In this document: in pieces, positions 27,536-40,358 of the stretch | How positions within the stretch are numbered: the stretch's first letter is position 1 | Layout of the letters: the number at the start of each line of letters is the position of its first letter | Assembly: GCF_004010195.1 (NCBI RefSeq) | Contig: NC_057726.1 | Span: 34,155,171-34,219,170, forward strand | DNA: 64,000 nt | Origin: Chiloscyllium plagiosum | Taxonomy: Eukaryota | Direction: 5' to 3' | Notes under the pieces: generated by a model | Database searches by the model: none | Told to the model about the DNA's origin: nothing | Seen by the model: the letters and a program-made list of their open reading frames with translations, nothing else | Position numbers and translations under genes: made by a program

Positions 27536-29757
27536 GTTGTGGTTCTGTTCACCGAGCTGGAAATTTTTGTTGCAAACGTTTCGTCCCCTGTCTAGGTGAC
27601 ATTCTCAGTGCTTGGGAGCCTCCTGTGAAGCGCTTCTGTGGTGTTTCCTCCGGCATTTATAGTGGCCTGTCCCTGCCCCTTCCGGTTGTCAGTTTCAGCT
27701 GTCCGCTGTAGTGGCCGGTATATTGGGTCCAGGTCGATGTGTTTGTTGATGGAGTTTGTGGATGAGTGCCATGCTCCTAGGAATTCCCTGGCTGTTCTTT
27801 GTTTCGCTTGCCCTAGAATGGTACTGTTGTCCCAGTCAAATTCATGTTGCTTGTCATCTGCNNNNNNNNNNNNNNNNNNNNNNNNNNNNNNNNNNNNNNN
27901 NNNNNNNNNNNNNNNNNNNNNNNNNNNNNNNNNNNNNNNNNNNNNNNNNNNNNNNNNNNNNNNNNNNNNNNNNNNNNNNNNNNNNNNNNNNNNNNNNNNN
28001 NNNNNNNNNNNNNNNNNNNNNNNNNNNNNNNNNNNNNNNNNNNNNNNNNNNNNNNNNNNNNNNNNNNNNNNNNNNNNNNNNNNNNNNNNNNNNNNNNNNN
28101 NNNNNNNNNNNNNNNNNNNNNNNNNNNNNNNNNNNNNNNNNNNNNNNNNNNNNNNNNNNNNNNNNNNNNNNNNNNNNNNNNNNNNNNNNNNNNNNNNNNN
28201 NNNNNNNNNNNNNNNNNNNNNNNNNNNNNNNNNNNNNNNNNNNNNNNNNNNNNNNNNNNNNNNNNNNNNNNNNNNNNNNNNNNNNNNNNNNNNNNNNNNN
28301 NNNNNNNNNNNNNNNNNNNNNNNNNNNNNNNNNNNNNNNNNNNNNNNNNNNNNNNNNNNNNNNNNNNNNNNNNNNNNNNNNNNNNNNNNNNNNNNNNNNN
28401 NNNNNNNNNNNNNNNNNNNNNNNNNNNNNNNNNNNNNNNNNNNNNNNNNNNNNNNNNNNNNNNNNNNNNNNNNNNNNNNNNNNNNNGTTGATTTGTTCGT
28501 ATATCTGGTTGTTGAATGTGAAGTGTGTTGTGAGGCACAAGTCCAGTAGTTTAAGTATGCCATCTTTGTTGATAGGTTCAACGTCCTGTTGTCTGTTCTT
28601 TATGTCCAGCAGGTTGGCTATTGTTTCTCTGGCTAGGGTTTTGTCAATAGAGGTGAACGGTGCCATTACGTCGAATGAGACCCAAACTCTGGGTCAGATA
28701 TGTTGATGACACCTTTGTAATCATTAAAAACACAGAAATAGAGAAAACAGACTGGATCATCAACGCCACACTAACAGAAATCCGATTCACGAGAGAAGAA
28801 GAAAAGGACAACCAACTCCCATTCCTAGACATGATGGTACAGAGAGCACCAAACGGAGAATTCACCACAAAGGTATACAGGAAAGCCACACACACAAGTC
28901 CTGAACTATGAAAGCAACCACCCCAACACACACAAACGAAGTTGCATCAAGACACTATTCAAAAGGGCCACAACACACTGCAGCACACCGGAACTGCAAA
29001 AAGAGGAAGAGGAACACCTGTACAAGGTATTCGCCAAAAACGGATACCCGCACAATTTCATTAACAGATGCCTAAGAGAAAGACAACGGAACGAGGACAT
29101 GCCGCAACCCAAAGGTCTAGCCACACTACCAGACATCAGGAGCATTTCAGAACTGACAGCCAGACTACTGCGACCACTAGGACTCATAACATCACACAAA
29201 CCAACAGACACCCTCAGACAACAACTCACCAGAACGAAGGACCCAATACCCAGCATGAGCAAAACTAATGTAGTGTACAAAATCCCATGCAAGGACAGCA
29301 CAAAACACTATATAGGACAAACAGGAAGACAGCTAATGATCCGCATCCATGAACTAGCCACGAAACGCCACGACCAGCTATCCTTAGTAGCCACACACGC
29401 AGACGACAAGCAACATGAATTCGACTGGGACAACACTACCATTATAGGGCAAGCCAAACAAAGAACAGCCAGGGAATTCCTAGAAGCATGGCACTCATCC
29501 ACAAACTCCATCAACAAACACATCGACCTGGACCCAATATACCGGCCACTACAGCGGACAGCTGAAACTGACAACCGGAAGCGGCAGGGACAGGCCACTA
29601 TAAATGCCGGAGGAAACACCACAGAAGCGCTTCACAGGAGGCTCCCAAGCACTGAGGATGTCACCTAGACAGGGGACGAAACGTTTGCAACAAAAATTTC
29701 CAGCTCGGCGAACAGAACCACAACAACGAGCACCCGAGCTACAAATCTTCATCCAAA
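27536..29757. mobile_element. Young fold-back Penelope-like retroelement (RT + GIY-YIG), two oppositely oriented copies, 13-bp TSD
   Basis: Plus arm: WVRYVDDTF and VVYKIPCKD...HYIGQT; minus arm: SFDVMAPFTSID and a near-identical 3' end; TSD cttcctgtctgtc at 27523-27535 and 29758-29770; contains a 625-N gap. Confidence 0.9.
29650..29686 (+). ncRNA. Hammerhead-like core at Penelope 3' end (mirror copy on minus at ~27575-27610)
   Basis: CTGAGGA tgtcacctagacaggggac GAA ACGT T; palindromic ACGT after GAA. Confidence 0.55.
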
Positions 29758-30734
29758 CTTCCTGTCTGTCCTTCGGAATAGTTTGATACCCCTGGATATT
29801 TAACTCCCAGTCATGACCATCCTGTAACTGTCTCCGTAATGGCTACTAAATCATATTCATTCGCAATGATTTGTGCGGTTAACTCATCAATCTTATTATG
29901 AAAGCTACAAGCATTCAGGTAAAATGCCCTTATGGTAGCTTTCTTAAATCAGTGCTCCATTTTTGATTGATGGGTAGTAAAATAAAATCAGTTATAGTAA
30001 AACTGCATTTCTTGAGGACTATTGGTATCCAGTTTTGTTGTATCAGTCCCTGCAGTTATTACTTCTGACCTAGCTGTGAATTGGTGTTTGATTTATATAA
30101 TGATGGCTGGGTGGGGGAAGGTTGCAGTTAACTCACTTGCCTACATGGCCAGTTTGTGGATCAGTTTAATGCCAACAACACAAGGTTTAATCCTCATTCC
30201 AGCTGAGGTGGATTTGGCTTGGCCCTTGACAAAAAACGGTCAGAGCCAACAGAGACTGTTTCTGATTTCTCTCAACTCCCCTGTCTTGTATCGATAAAAA
30301 AAACATATCTGACAACTATCCAGTAATTCAGTATCTGTCAATAGAAAAACGTATTCGGGGTCTAGCATTTCAGTTCTCTAAGTTAACATTTATCATAAAT
30401 GCTGTACAATACATTTAACTTCATTTGTGCAGAATTAATTTACCCAGTTCACTACAGAATACTGGCATTAACACTTAAACATTGCTGGTCATTATGAATA
30501 CACTTCAGTTGATATACTGGACCGATTCTCCTGTCCTACTGAGGCACAGTCGTAAGATATATGACTACTTAAGACACATTATTTAACCCGCAAGTAACAC
30601 GTTCCTAACTCTAGGAAGCGCTAGATAGATGAATAACTGATGTGGCTGTCTCCATTTTCCCGAAAGAAAATAAACTGCGAACGTAAACATGCAGCAAGTT
30701 ACGTAATTGCCTTTAACGAAGTTCTGTTCAATTT

Positions 30735-30835
30735 TTGATTTTGACACAACCACTTGATGAAGAAGCTGCGCTCCGAAAGCTAGTGCTTCCAAATAAACCT
30801 GGTGGAGTATAACCTGGTGTTGTGTGATCTTTAAC
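30735..30835 (+). mobile_element. ~100-bp Penelope-derived insertion with degenerate hammerhead core, just downstream of RGS9BP stop
   Basis: TSD tctgttcaattt at 30723-30734 and 30836-30847; TTGATGA...GCTCC GAAAGCTAGTG matches 9602-9633. Confidence 0.75.
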
Positions 30836-30921
30836 TCTGTTCAATTTAATCCTTAAGTTTCAAAAACCAAAATGTAATGGCTGTTTCCTTATGTAAATGA
30901 AAACATGTCAACATTGAAGTG

Positions 30922-31641
30922 TTAAGCAAATTTTACAACACAGAGAGCGAGAACAATGGCAAATACTAATACAGCGGTGAACATCGCGCCAGCAAAGACC
31001 TTATTGGTGTCGCACAACTTTTTGTCTGTACCCTCGTTCACGGGCCTCATGCCAAACGATGAAGCGCCCGCACTGGCAGCTGACTTTAGTTCAGTACCCA
31101 GTTCTTGCTTCGCCTCCACTGTCCACTGAAGTACATTCACCTTCATCTCCATCTCGTACATCATTTCCCCGATTTCATTGATATCTTGTTCCAAGTCGTT
31201 CAGATCGACAGTGTCAATGTTGTTGCCCTCTTCATACTTCATGTTCTGTACACTCATGGCACGGGCAGCCACAGCAGATGTCCCCCCGATCATTCCAGTC
31301 TGGATGAGGTGTTTTGTGGGAAGGTTCAGTGGAAACTCCTGACCCAGATCCAGAGCTTTTCTCATATCGATCTCCAAGATCTCCATACATGTCGAAAACA
31401 CTACCCACAGCCTTTCGAATTCAGCTCGATCATCCTTGCTTATAGTTTTGTCTTTTAAAATAGTTGTTAGCTTGGCTTTATTGGCAATTGCCAGGTTTTG
31501 TGCTTTTTGTCTGGTTTTCTTCAGTTCTTCGCGTAAATTCTGAGAGTCTGATGACCCACCAGCACAGATAACCAAGTGTCGATAGCAAGCAGACACTTTG
31601 TTAAGGGCATCTAAAAGCGTCTTACATTCGTCCTTCACCAT
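30922..31641 (-). CDS. RGS9BP: Regulator of G-protein signalling 9-binding protein (R9AP family), intronless, 239 aa
   Basis: [24 protein letters not shown]...[21 protein letters not shown]...EFERLWV...EMEMKVNV with C-terminal transmembrane helix; good Kozak gcaATGG; near TDRD12 and ANKRD27 as in human. Confidence 0.93.
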   Translation of the reverse strand: MVKDECKTLLDALNKVSACYRHLVICAGGSSDSQNLREELKKTRQKAQNLAIANKAKLTTILKDKTISKDDRAEFERLWVVFSTCMEILEIDMRKALDLGQEFPLNLPTKHLIQTGMIGGTSAVAARAMSVQNMKYEEGNNIDTVDLNDLEQDINEIGEMMYEMEMKVNVLQWTVEAKQELGTELKSAASAGASSFGMRPVNEGTDKKLCDTNKVFAGAMFTAVLVFAIVLALCVVKFA

Positions 31642-34267
31642 TGCAGTGGTACATATACACAACACAGATCCTTCAGAATAATTTATACTGATATCACGTA
31701 CGGATTTAGTCCTGTAATATCTACACAGATAATTTTGAATTGAAANNNNNNNNNNNNNNNNNNNNNNNNNNNNNNNNNNNNNNNNNNNNNNNNNNNNNNN
31801 NNNNNNNNNNNNNNNNNNNNNNNNNNNNNNNNNNNNNNNNNNNNNNNNNNNNNNNNNNNNNNNNNNNNNNNNNNNNNNNNNNNNNNNNNNNNNNNNNNNN
31901 NNNNNNNNNNNNNNNNNNNNNNNNNNNNNNNNNNNNNNNNNNNNNNNNNNNNNNNNNNNNNNNNNNNNNNNNNNNNNNNNNNNNNNNNNNNNNNNNNNNN
32001 NNNNNNNNNNNNNNNNNNNNNNNNNNNNNNNNNNNNNNNNNNNNNNNNNNNNNNNNNNNNNNNNNNNNNNNNNNNNNNNNNNNNNNNNNNNNNNNNNNNN
32101 NNNNNNNNNNNNNNNNNNNNNNNNNNNNNNNNNNNNNNNNNNNNNNNNNNNNNNNNNNNNNNNNNNNNNNNNNNNNNNNNNNNNNNNNNNNNNNNNNNNN
32201 NNNNNNNNNNNNNNNNNNNNNNNNNNNNNNNNNNNNNNNNNNNNNATGTTAAAATATAATGCAGAAGCACTATTTAAAACATGTTAGACTAGTGAATAAT
32301 GTCACAAGATGTGATTTAAATTAGCATTTCAAAAGGAGCAAGTGAAGAGGGCAATCAGTAGAATGCACACCTCTGCCTCGCTTTATTAACTCAATGTCAT
32401 TACATTTACACAGCTCTTCCTTAAGAATTTTTTCCTGCCTGTTAGCACAAACCTGACATTTTTATGAAGGGCTTTCATCTTATTGAAGAGACTTCAGGCC
32501 AATCCACATCCAACACCCTACCTTGAAATAAAATCAAGAACTATGGTTGCTAGAGATTTGAAACAAACAAAAACAAGTTTCTGGAGAAACCCAGGAGGTC
32601 TGGCCGTATCAGTGGAGAGAAGATGAGCATTAACATTTCAAGTCCAGTAACCCTTCTTCAGAATGGAAACTGAAAACTCCGCCCACATTTGACAGCTTTG
32701 ACAAATTCTACCACAGCAGCTGAGACAGTCAACAACATTCTAAGTAAAACAACCAGTGCATTTGAAATAATAATCAACTTGCCATATCTCCTAATATTAC
32801 TGGGTCCTTTCAAAAATTCCAGAATCTGGAACTACACATTTGCAAAAAACTAATCAGATTTTCCTTGGACCATAACTGTGCATCAAATGTGTTGAAATCC
32901 CTCCTTTAGTTTTTGGGATATTTCATAGGCATAAATTGTTTACACAAATAAACTACTACACCGGTGTAAACATTATCTTTATTCAGAATATGTTTTTGAG
33001 TGTTTCCAGGGTTTTAATGGCTACTTTTTCATTTACTGTAACTCAGTTATTTATTAAGTGATGCTGTCACATAGCAACCATGATTTTTGTATTTGTGTTG
33101 ATATTTGGAAGCAGACAAAAGCAAATTTGAAAAATTAATTGATATCTAATTATCAACTCCTCGTTAAAATGAGAAATTTCTTTTTTGAGTAGTGAATCTC
33201 AAAGAAAGCAATAATTTCTGAGACATAGCAGTATTTAAATTGCTGCAAGACAACAGGTGTAAACTAATAGAGGTTTTTCCGAAAGAGCTGACAAACACTT
33301 CTACACATGAAAAGCCATTACCCTAAATACATCTTGCATAGACTGGTGAGGTCCCAGCCGATGCATCTCCATTGTACTTGAATGAAGCTGGAATGTTTAA
33401 GCAATTAAAACCCTATTTACTGCATTTTGGATCTTAATCTTGGATGTAGATTTAACAATTAAGCGTATATTACAGTAGCATCCACTACATTTTTTCCAAG
33501 AATAGTGACTCCTAAATTTACACAATCCTGGAGTTTCCATATTCATATTCAAGGAATTTATTATGTTGGTGTTTAAAATTTTCTTGGATCCCAGTTACCT
33601 GAGTATTTGTTTGTCAACAGGTTTAAAGCTGTTCTGTTTCCTTTGAAGCCTTTCCTTGGAAACTCCATTTCCCAACCCTCTCATTTATCCTTTGAGTCTT
33701 TTTAATCCCCACACCTCTCTTGCAGCTTCCTTCTCTCTTCTCTTCCTCTATTCCACTCTTAGAGCCACCTTCCTCCTCCTTGAACACTGCTGTAGCAAGC
33801 CCCCCACCACACTTTAGACCCAACAGACAGAATTCCTGGATCTTGCCAAAGGAACTCTTGTCCCAATCTTCCCAACCTTGGCTCCTGAATGGTGCAACAC
33901 TATCGGTTCCCAGTAGAAGGTGCTCAATCACCACTGACTTTTCAAATAGGTCACTGCTTGTCCAGCACGGGCTCTTTCCCTCCCACCTTTGCTGCTGATA
34001 AGTTCAGTCATGAGCAAATCAATAGCCAGCACAGGATTGAATAGCCTGTGATTACAGAAGCAAACTCTTCACTATTTCCTTCTATTCTGTTTATATGAAT
34101 GACTTTTCCCTGGTTGTTTTGCAAATTAATTTTCGTGGGCAATTCATGGACTTTTGGGGTGCAGTACCGCATGTGTTTTGATTTGCCTCTGTCTGACTAT
34201 CAGTTACTGATTGTTGCCATTTACAATTTGTTTGCTAGATGAAAACATTCCATTCATGTGACAGGTC

Positions 34268-34537
34268 TTTAGAGTCATAGAGATGTACAGCATGGAAACA
34301 GACCCTTCGGTCCAACCCGTCCATGCCGACCAGACATCCCAACCCAATCTAGTCCCACCTGCCAGCACCCGGCCCATATCCCTCCAAACCCTTCCTATTC
34401 ATATACCCATCCAAATGTCTCTTAAATGTTGCAATTGTACGAGCCTCTACCACATCCTCTGGCAGCTCATTCCATACACGTACCACCCTCTGTGTGAAAA
34501 TGTTGCCCCTTAGGTGTCTTTTATATCTTTCCCCTCA
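34268..34537 (-). mobile_element. CR1 LINE 3' end fragment
   Basis: agagtcatagagatgtacagcatggaaacagacccttcgg..., same family as ~22420 and ~52780. Confidence 0.8.
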
Positions 34538-34684
34538 TAATTACCTAATGGAGGTATTGCAAGGTTCTTCAATAATCATGTCTTAGACATGTTATCATAA
34601 TTAATTGTCAACTTGTTAAATCAGTCAGAATCTGTACATCAGATGTCACTATTTGTTAATTATGTTTATTTTATCTGAATTTAG

Positions 34685-34728
34685 GATGCACCTGATGATC
34701 AGCAAAACCAGCAAGAAGCAAAACAGCG
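34685..34728 (+). CDS. PDCD5: PDCD5 exon 2 (DAPDDQQNQQEAKQR)
   Basis: ttag|GAT...CAG CG|gtaag; 44 nt; phase fits exon 3. Confidence 0.85.
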
Positions 34729-35182
34729 GTAAGAAAATACAGACTGCCTGATTTACCAATTGTACCTCCCAGTGAACGTTTTCAAAAAAAGCCTGCCTGC
34801 AAAAGGGATCTGTGAGGGAGGAGGTCATGGAAGAGTGAGATGGGATGAATGCTATTTCCTCCATATTTATCTTTTATGGTCCCTTAGAGAAATAATTGAT
34901 CTGATTTAACGTTTTAACACACCCAATGTAAAGGGTGTGTAGTCCTTGATGTGCTTTCCTGTTTTTAAACTTGGTTTCTTTATCAGAGTTTTCTACTGAA
35001 GGTGTCATTAATTCCGACTTTTCTGATTACTATAAGTTCATATTTTGATTCTACTGTAAAAAGCCTGCTGTAGTCCTCCTTTAGTAACTTATATATTTTC
35101 TTGCTTTTGATTTTATTGGATGTAATGCAATGTTGCATTTTTTTATTTATGCCTTCTTATTGTGAATAAATTGTGATTGCAG

Positions 35183-35244
35183 GGAGTCAGAAATGAGGAA
35201 CAGTATTCTTGCTCAGGTCTTAGATCAATCTGCTCGTGCTAGAT
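35183..35244 (+). CDS. PDCD5: PDCD5 exon 3 (ESEMRNSILAQVLDQSARAR)
   Basis: gcag|G GAG TCA...AGA T|gtaagt; 62 nt; near identical to PDCD5 core. Confidence 0.95.
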
Positions 35245-36419
35245 GTAAGTAATAGAAGACTGCATGTTACAGCTCAAATTACAAAATATTGTCGAAAGTG
35301 ACTTACTAGACTGTAAGGTCTTTAAAATGATTGGTGTAACAGAATGAATTCCAGACACTAAATGAAAAACATTATCAAAGTTTTCTGTTGGTCAAAATCA
35401 GCAAGCAGTAGCAACACGAAAGACCCACATTCTCAGTTTCTCATCAAGATATTCATCTTATCTTCCTTCCTCAGCTTCTGTACTGACCAAACTCATCCTT
35501 AATCTCTGTTCCTCTTGCCTTCTTTTCTGATTTCATGGCCTTCCTGTTTTATCAAAACCATCCCCTCTGTCTTATGTTTACAGCCATCTCAACCTTCTAA
35601 TCTGACAGGTATTCTTTACCATTTCCTTGTACTTCTTATCCCTGACATTGGCCTACCTTCATTCAACTCCACTGTCTTCTTTATTCACCTTTGCGGAATA
35701 AGCTGTCTTAATTCTCTTTAAAGATTAACAGATGTCCTTGTGACCAGCACACTGTTACTCCTATTCATCCTGGACATTCAGTTTGGTATGATGCCTATCT
35801 TCACTTCCTCAGGTTTACTGGATCTCAGACAAAATTGAATTAGTCCAAGCTTTATATGATTTGGCCACTTCAAGCTCTGCATTTTCTAATTTTCCCAATA
35901 GCAGACACCACCCAAGGATCATTCTAGGCTTCTTTCTTGTCATTGCAACAGTTTCCTCTCCTCTGATACAGACCCCTTCACAAATTGGCTATCATCAAAA
36001 GCAAAATACATTCTAATCCTCTGTCTTCACAAATTACAGCTACAACTTGAGCATACCTGTCTTTTGTAATGTCATTGTCTTTTCAAATCTGTGCTGAACT
36101 TTCCTTTATCTTTGTGTTTGAGTCTTTTCAATCAAGTTGCCCCTCAAACCAGCTAATTTAAGTTATAAATGAAATCCTTTGATATGTGCATTATTCTTTC
36201 TCATCCTTCTCAACCATTTAATAATCTTTGACGTAGGTGAGATTTGTTAATGCTTCCTTTCTATTGTCCAATTTGGTGTACTGTTCCTGCCTGTTTACAC
36301 TTTTACTATCTGTTTGCAGCCAAAGTGTTTCTGGCAGGGACCTGTCTCCTGACCCCGGCTCCATTACTTCAGGATTTTACAAAGAATCTTTTGCTTCTGT
36401 ATGTTTGTCTAAATCGTAA

Positions 36420-36705
36420 GGGGAGCTCAGTGGTTAGCACTGCTGCCTCACAGTGCCAGATGCGATTCCACATTCTCCCCATGTTGTGGGTTTTCTCTGA
36501 GTGCTCTAGTTTCCTACCACAGTCCAAAGATGTGCAGATTAGCTGGATTGACCATGCTAAATTATCTGTAGTGTCCAGCGATATGCAGGCTAGATGGAGT
36601 AGCCATGGGGCTAGGGTAGAAGACTGAAGTTAGTTGGGATGCTCTTCGAAAGGTCAGTGCAGATTCAATGGTCCAAATGGCCTTTTTCCACACTGTAGGG
36701 ATTCC
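36420..36705 (+). mobile_element. HE1-type SINE (internally deleted)
   Basis: cagtggttagcactgctgcctcacag head and ccacagtccaaagatgtgcag core. Confidence 0.75.
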
Positions 36706-37429
36706 TTGATTCTCTGATTAGCAATGTGCTCCAGACATGTAGATTAATGTTTCACATGTATTCTGTTTATCAAGTTCAACCTCTTGGACATTTTCTCAGA
36801 ACCCTTTTGGCCTCTGTATCATCACATAGCTTATCCCTGCCCAGTTATGGATGGGTTACAATTTCCTCCATTTAAACATTGGGAAGACAAAGGCCACTGA
36901 CTTTGAAAGCTAACACAAATTCATACCATTGCCAGTTCAACTGCTATTCCTTCCATTATCACTTTGCAACCCCAGCAATATATTTGACCAAAACTAAGCC
37001 TCTGACTCCATATCCTCTCTTTTACGAATGCCACCAACTCAGTCTCCAGTATCCTCCACATCTGTCTCTCCTTTAACTAATTTGTTGCTGAAACACTGTG
37101 CCTTTGTCATTTACAGGTTCAGCTCTTCAAGAATTCTGCCGACAAGTCCTCCACCAACTGGACACATTAATTTGTCCACAACTCTGCTTCCTCTCTCCTA
37201 TCTTACACACTGGTGTAGTATATGCAGTACTCTGGTACTCATTGAGCTGTACTGGCTTCCATTCCTCAAACCTTGGTTAAAATTCTCATCCCATTAATGG
37301 ATATGTTTAGTGGTTGCAGTGATAGTATGTATAACTAATGGTTCTAGCAGTTAATTTGTTTACCAATGTCTCTATAATCTGGTCATTTGCACATGATCAT
37401 AACTGCCAAAGAACAAATTGAATAGGTAT

Positions 37430-39720
37430 TTGATACTGAAGCAAAATTCTGCAGATGTTGGAAATATGAAATAAAGACAGGTCAGGCAGTGAGAAAAGCA
37501 GAGTTAATATTTCAGTTTGATAACCTTTCCTTGGAACTAGAGAAAAATAGAAATGTATCATGTTTTTAGCAAGTAACAGATGCATGATGGAATTCAGGAT
37601 TGATGACATGACCAAATGATAATAGTGAAAGTGGAAGGAGATCACAATGAAACAAAGAAATAAAAGGTGTTTCCAGAGGAAGGCACAGCAAAATTGCTGC
37701 TATCCTGAAAAATGTGAGCAGAGACTACAGTCTGATATTATTGAATGCAGTGATGTGTCAGGAACTATAATATCCACAATTCAAAAATGAGGTGCTGCTC
37801 CCTGTCATTAAATTAAGCTTAACTGTAATAGTGAAGGAGGCAGAAGACTCAGAGTATTTGGAATTAAAATGACAGACAACCAAAAGCTCAGGGTGATGTT
37901 TTCAGTGTGAAGAGGTGGTTGTAAAGCAATCTCCCAATTTGCATTTCCTCTTCCCAATGGAGAGGAGATCCACATGAATGCTCACTCTACCTCTGTCTCC
38001 TTCCCAAGATCCATAATGCAGTTGTTTATGTTAAGTCCTTGTTTCGCTCTGTTCTTGCCACATACAACTGATTTCTTCACGTCTCGATTCTACTTGTTCT
38101 CTACAACTTTTCTGACCAACTCTTCTGACATCCTCTGCCACTTTAATGGTTTCCAGTTTTCTGGCTGTATCCATCGTTTTCATCTTTTTCCGGTCATCCA
38201 ATCACTTTGTTCTTTCATCACCAGACACAAGAGTCTGAAGCATACCATCTCTCTCTTAAATAGAGACCCAACTGGTCCTGTCCACCCCACCATCTCTGCC
38301 ATGCTGAACTCGTCCTTGTATAGGATAGCTTGTCTATTGAATCCTTTCGCATCCTCAATAAATGGTGTGGTTGGACCTGTACAGGCCTGGGTTGGACCTG
38401 CTTTAACTTTGAATATTGTTGTTACACACTTACTGAGACGCATTTTATCTCTGTATTTCTTTCTCGAATATATTGACAGTTGTATCAGTGGTGTTTCCTG
38501 GGGTGTCCAGAACTGGAAACTTCAATTTAAGTTGCTTTCAGTTCCCACCCTGCCCTTGCTTTCTAGTGGCCCATTTTGGATTCTTCCCTTTTCTGTCTCC
38601 ATTTCAGGGGTTGGGGTAGGCATAGGCTATCAATCAGCATCTAGTAGAAACCACTCATTTCCACAACTGTCTTAACTATACTTCATACTATGCCCTTTCC
38701 TCAAAGAATCTATTTTTTTCCAGCTTCTTTATCCAAATTCGTCAATCCCACCTCCAAACCAGTATGTTCTGTGTGTTTCCCTCCACTTTTGTTAACAGGA
38801 TTCTCGCAACGTCCATTCTCTGTCCTGAATTTCTGGTCTTCAATTTCCTTACCACACAAAACCTCAGTCTGGTCTCCCTTATTTTCACCTTCTATTCCAC
38901 ATTTTGTCCTCATTTTCACCACCTCCTGCATGCTGTCACCACCAAACTCTTCTTTCCCTTTCCAGTGCCCTTTGCATTTGAAAGGAGCACCCCAGCCAAG
39001 CTATCATCTCAGGCAAGATCAGAAATGCAATATTTGCATTTTACCTTTTTACTTTCTGTCATCCATGGTCCCAAACGTATTTTTCAGATGAAAGTGCTAA
39101 TTGCATATCATTTCAATTTAGTGTATTGCATTCAGTATTTATGTATGACCTCCTGTACATTGAGTGGATGAGAGAGGGTTGGATGGGTCAGACACAGATT
39201 GGGTGAATCCTGTGAGTGTGCCAATACTTCCTAAATATCATCTGGAGCTACTCGCCAACAATTCTGATTTTCCGTTCCATTCTCACTAACCTCAGCATTC
39301 TGCACTGTTTCATTGAAGATAGATGTAATCTTTGGAAGCAGCATCTCATCTTTCAAACGGACACTTGATAGCCCTTAGGATTAAATGTTTAGTTCAAGAA
39401 TTTCAGCTCAAAACCTTTGTGTAAATCTTTTAGCAGGCAACAGCTATTGATGATGATTCTGTGATTTCCATTTTCACCACCTCAGCAGCTTTTTGTTTCT
39501 TTGCTTGTCTAATTGCCATCTCTTAGTTCACAGCATTTTTTGTTTTTTTTGTTTTATCTCTCCTGCTGTTCATCTTGCAACAGACCTTCCCTGTACTTGC
39601 CTAAAGCCTGTTACATCTTGAAGTTTCTCCAGTTCTGATGAGAAGTCATCACACCAAAAGGTTAACTGTTCCTTTCTTCACAGACGCTGCCTGTCCTACT
39701 GAGTATTACTGGGGTTTTGA
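37430..39720. mobile_element. Old Penelope-like element with inverted 3' copy
   Basis: Degenerate RT motif FLEYIDSCI (~38460); atgaggtgctgctcc (~37787) is the inverse of ggaagcagcatctcat (~39334); PLE-type termini on both sides; boundaries approximate. Confidence 0.55.
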
Positions 39721-40266
39721 TATCAGGTGATGAAAGTAAAAGAACCATTTACTCATTGTTGCTCACCTGGTGGTGTCCATATACTGTTCATGATTGAAAA
39801 ATTAGCATTATACCCTTGTTTATTGTGTATAGTTTTTTTTCTTAAAAGGCATGGTTCAAGTATTAGTCTTGTCAGTAACTTGTGTGAGAATTGTCTGGTT
39901 AACTAAAATTTCCTGTGATTAAATGCTAAAAGCAAACTTACCTGTAATTTTTTTTTAACTTTGAAGTTCAAGTGAAATCAATTGCTGGGTTGTGAGATGG
40001 ATGTTTTGCACCCTTAGTGCTTAGTGTGAATAACATTTCCAACTAGCAATATGTTGTATTACTTCTTGCACAGCATTGCAAGAATACAACATTTCCTTTC
40101 ATCCAGCAAGTGGGATAATGATTGGGAAACTTTTAAAAAGTATTGATGCATTCTGATTTTACAAAATGCCTTGGTTAGCAAATATCTTTTTGTTGGCCTT
40201 TTCTGAAATCTTCCATTAAAATATTTCCTGTGTCCTTCATGTCATTTTATATTTTTTCATTTCCAG

Positions 40267-40358
40267 TGAGTAATTTGGCTCTGGTGAAGCCTGAGAAAGC
40301 CAAATCGGTGGAGAATTACCTTATACAGATGGCAAGGTTTGGGCAGCTTGGTGGAAAA
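40267..40358 (+). CDS. PDCD5: PDCD5 exon 4 ([30 protein letters not shown])
   Basis: ttccag|TG AGT...GGA AAA|gtaagg; 92 nt. Confidence 0.95.

Larger units (their letters stand above)
24950..29945 (-). mobile_element. CR1 LINE ORF2 (degenerate), interrupted by a Penelope insertion at 27536-29757
   Basis: (CATAAGAA) tail at ~24950; LEYCAQFWSPYLRKD...RRMRGDLTET; KFADD; endonuclease sequence resumes after 29770. Confidence 0.85.

Noticed and set aside
27592-28706. Long ORFs of 215-329 aa in the track
   Set aside because: Artefacts of translating through N gaps; the same applies to 31683-32270 and 41646-42810
31642-31665. Track extends RGS9BP by MLCICTTA
   Set aside because: Non-ATG start; the ATG at 31641 has a good Kozak context and matches the family N-terminus
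33623-33998. Overlapping ~100-aa ORFs in the region before PDCD5 exon 2
   Set aside because: Pyrimidine-biased low-complexity sequence with no recognisable domain
37974-38675. 233-aa ORF
   Set aside because: Chance frame through a decayed Penelope RT region; no host-gene features
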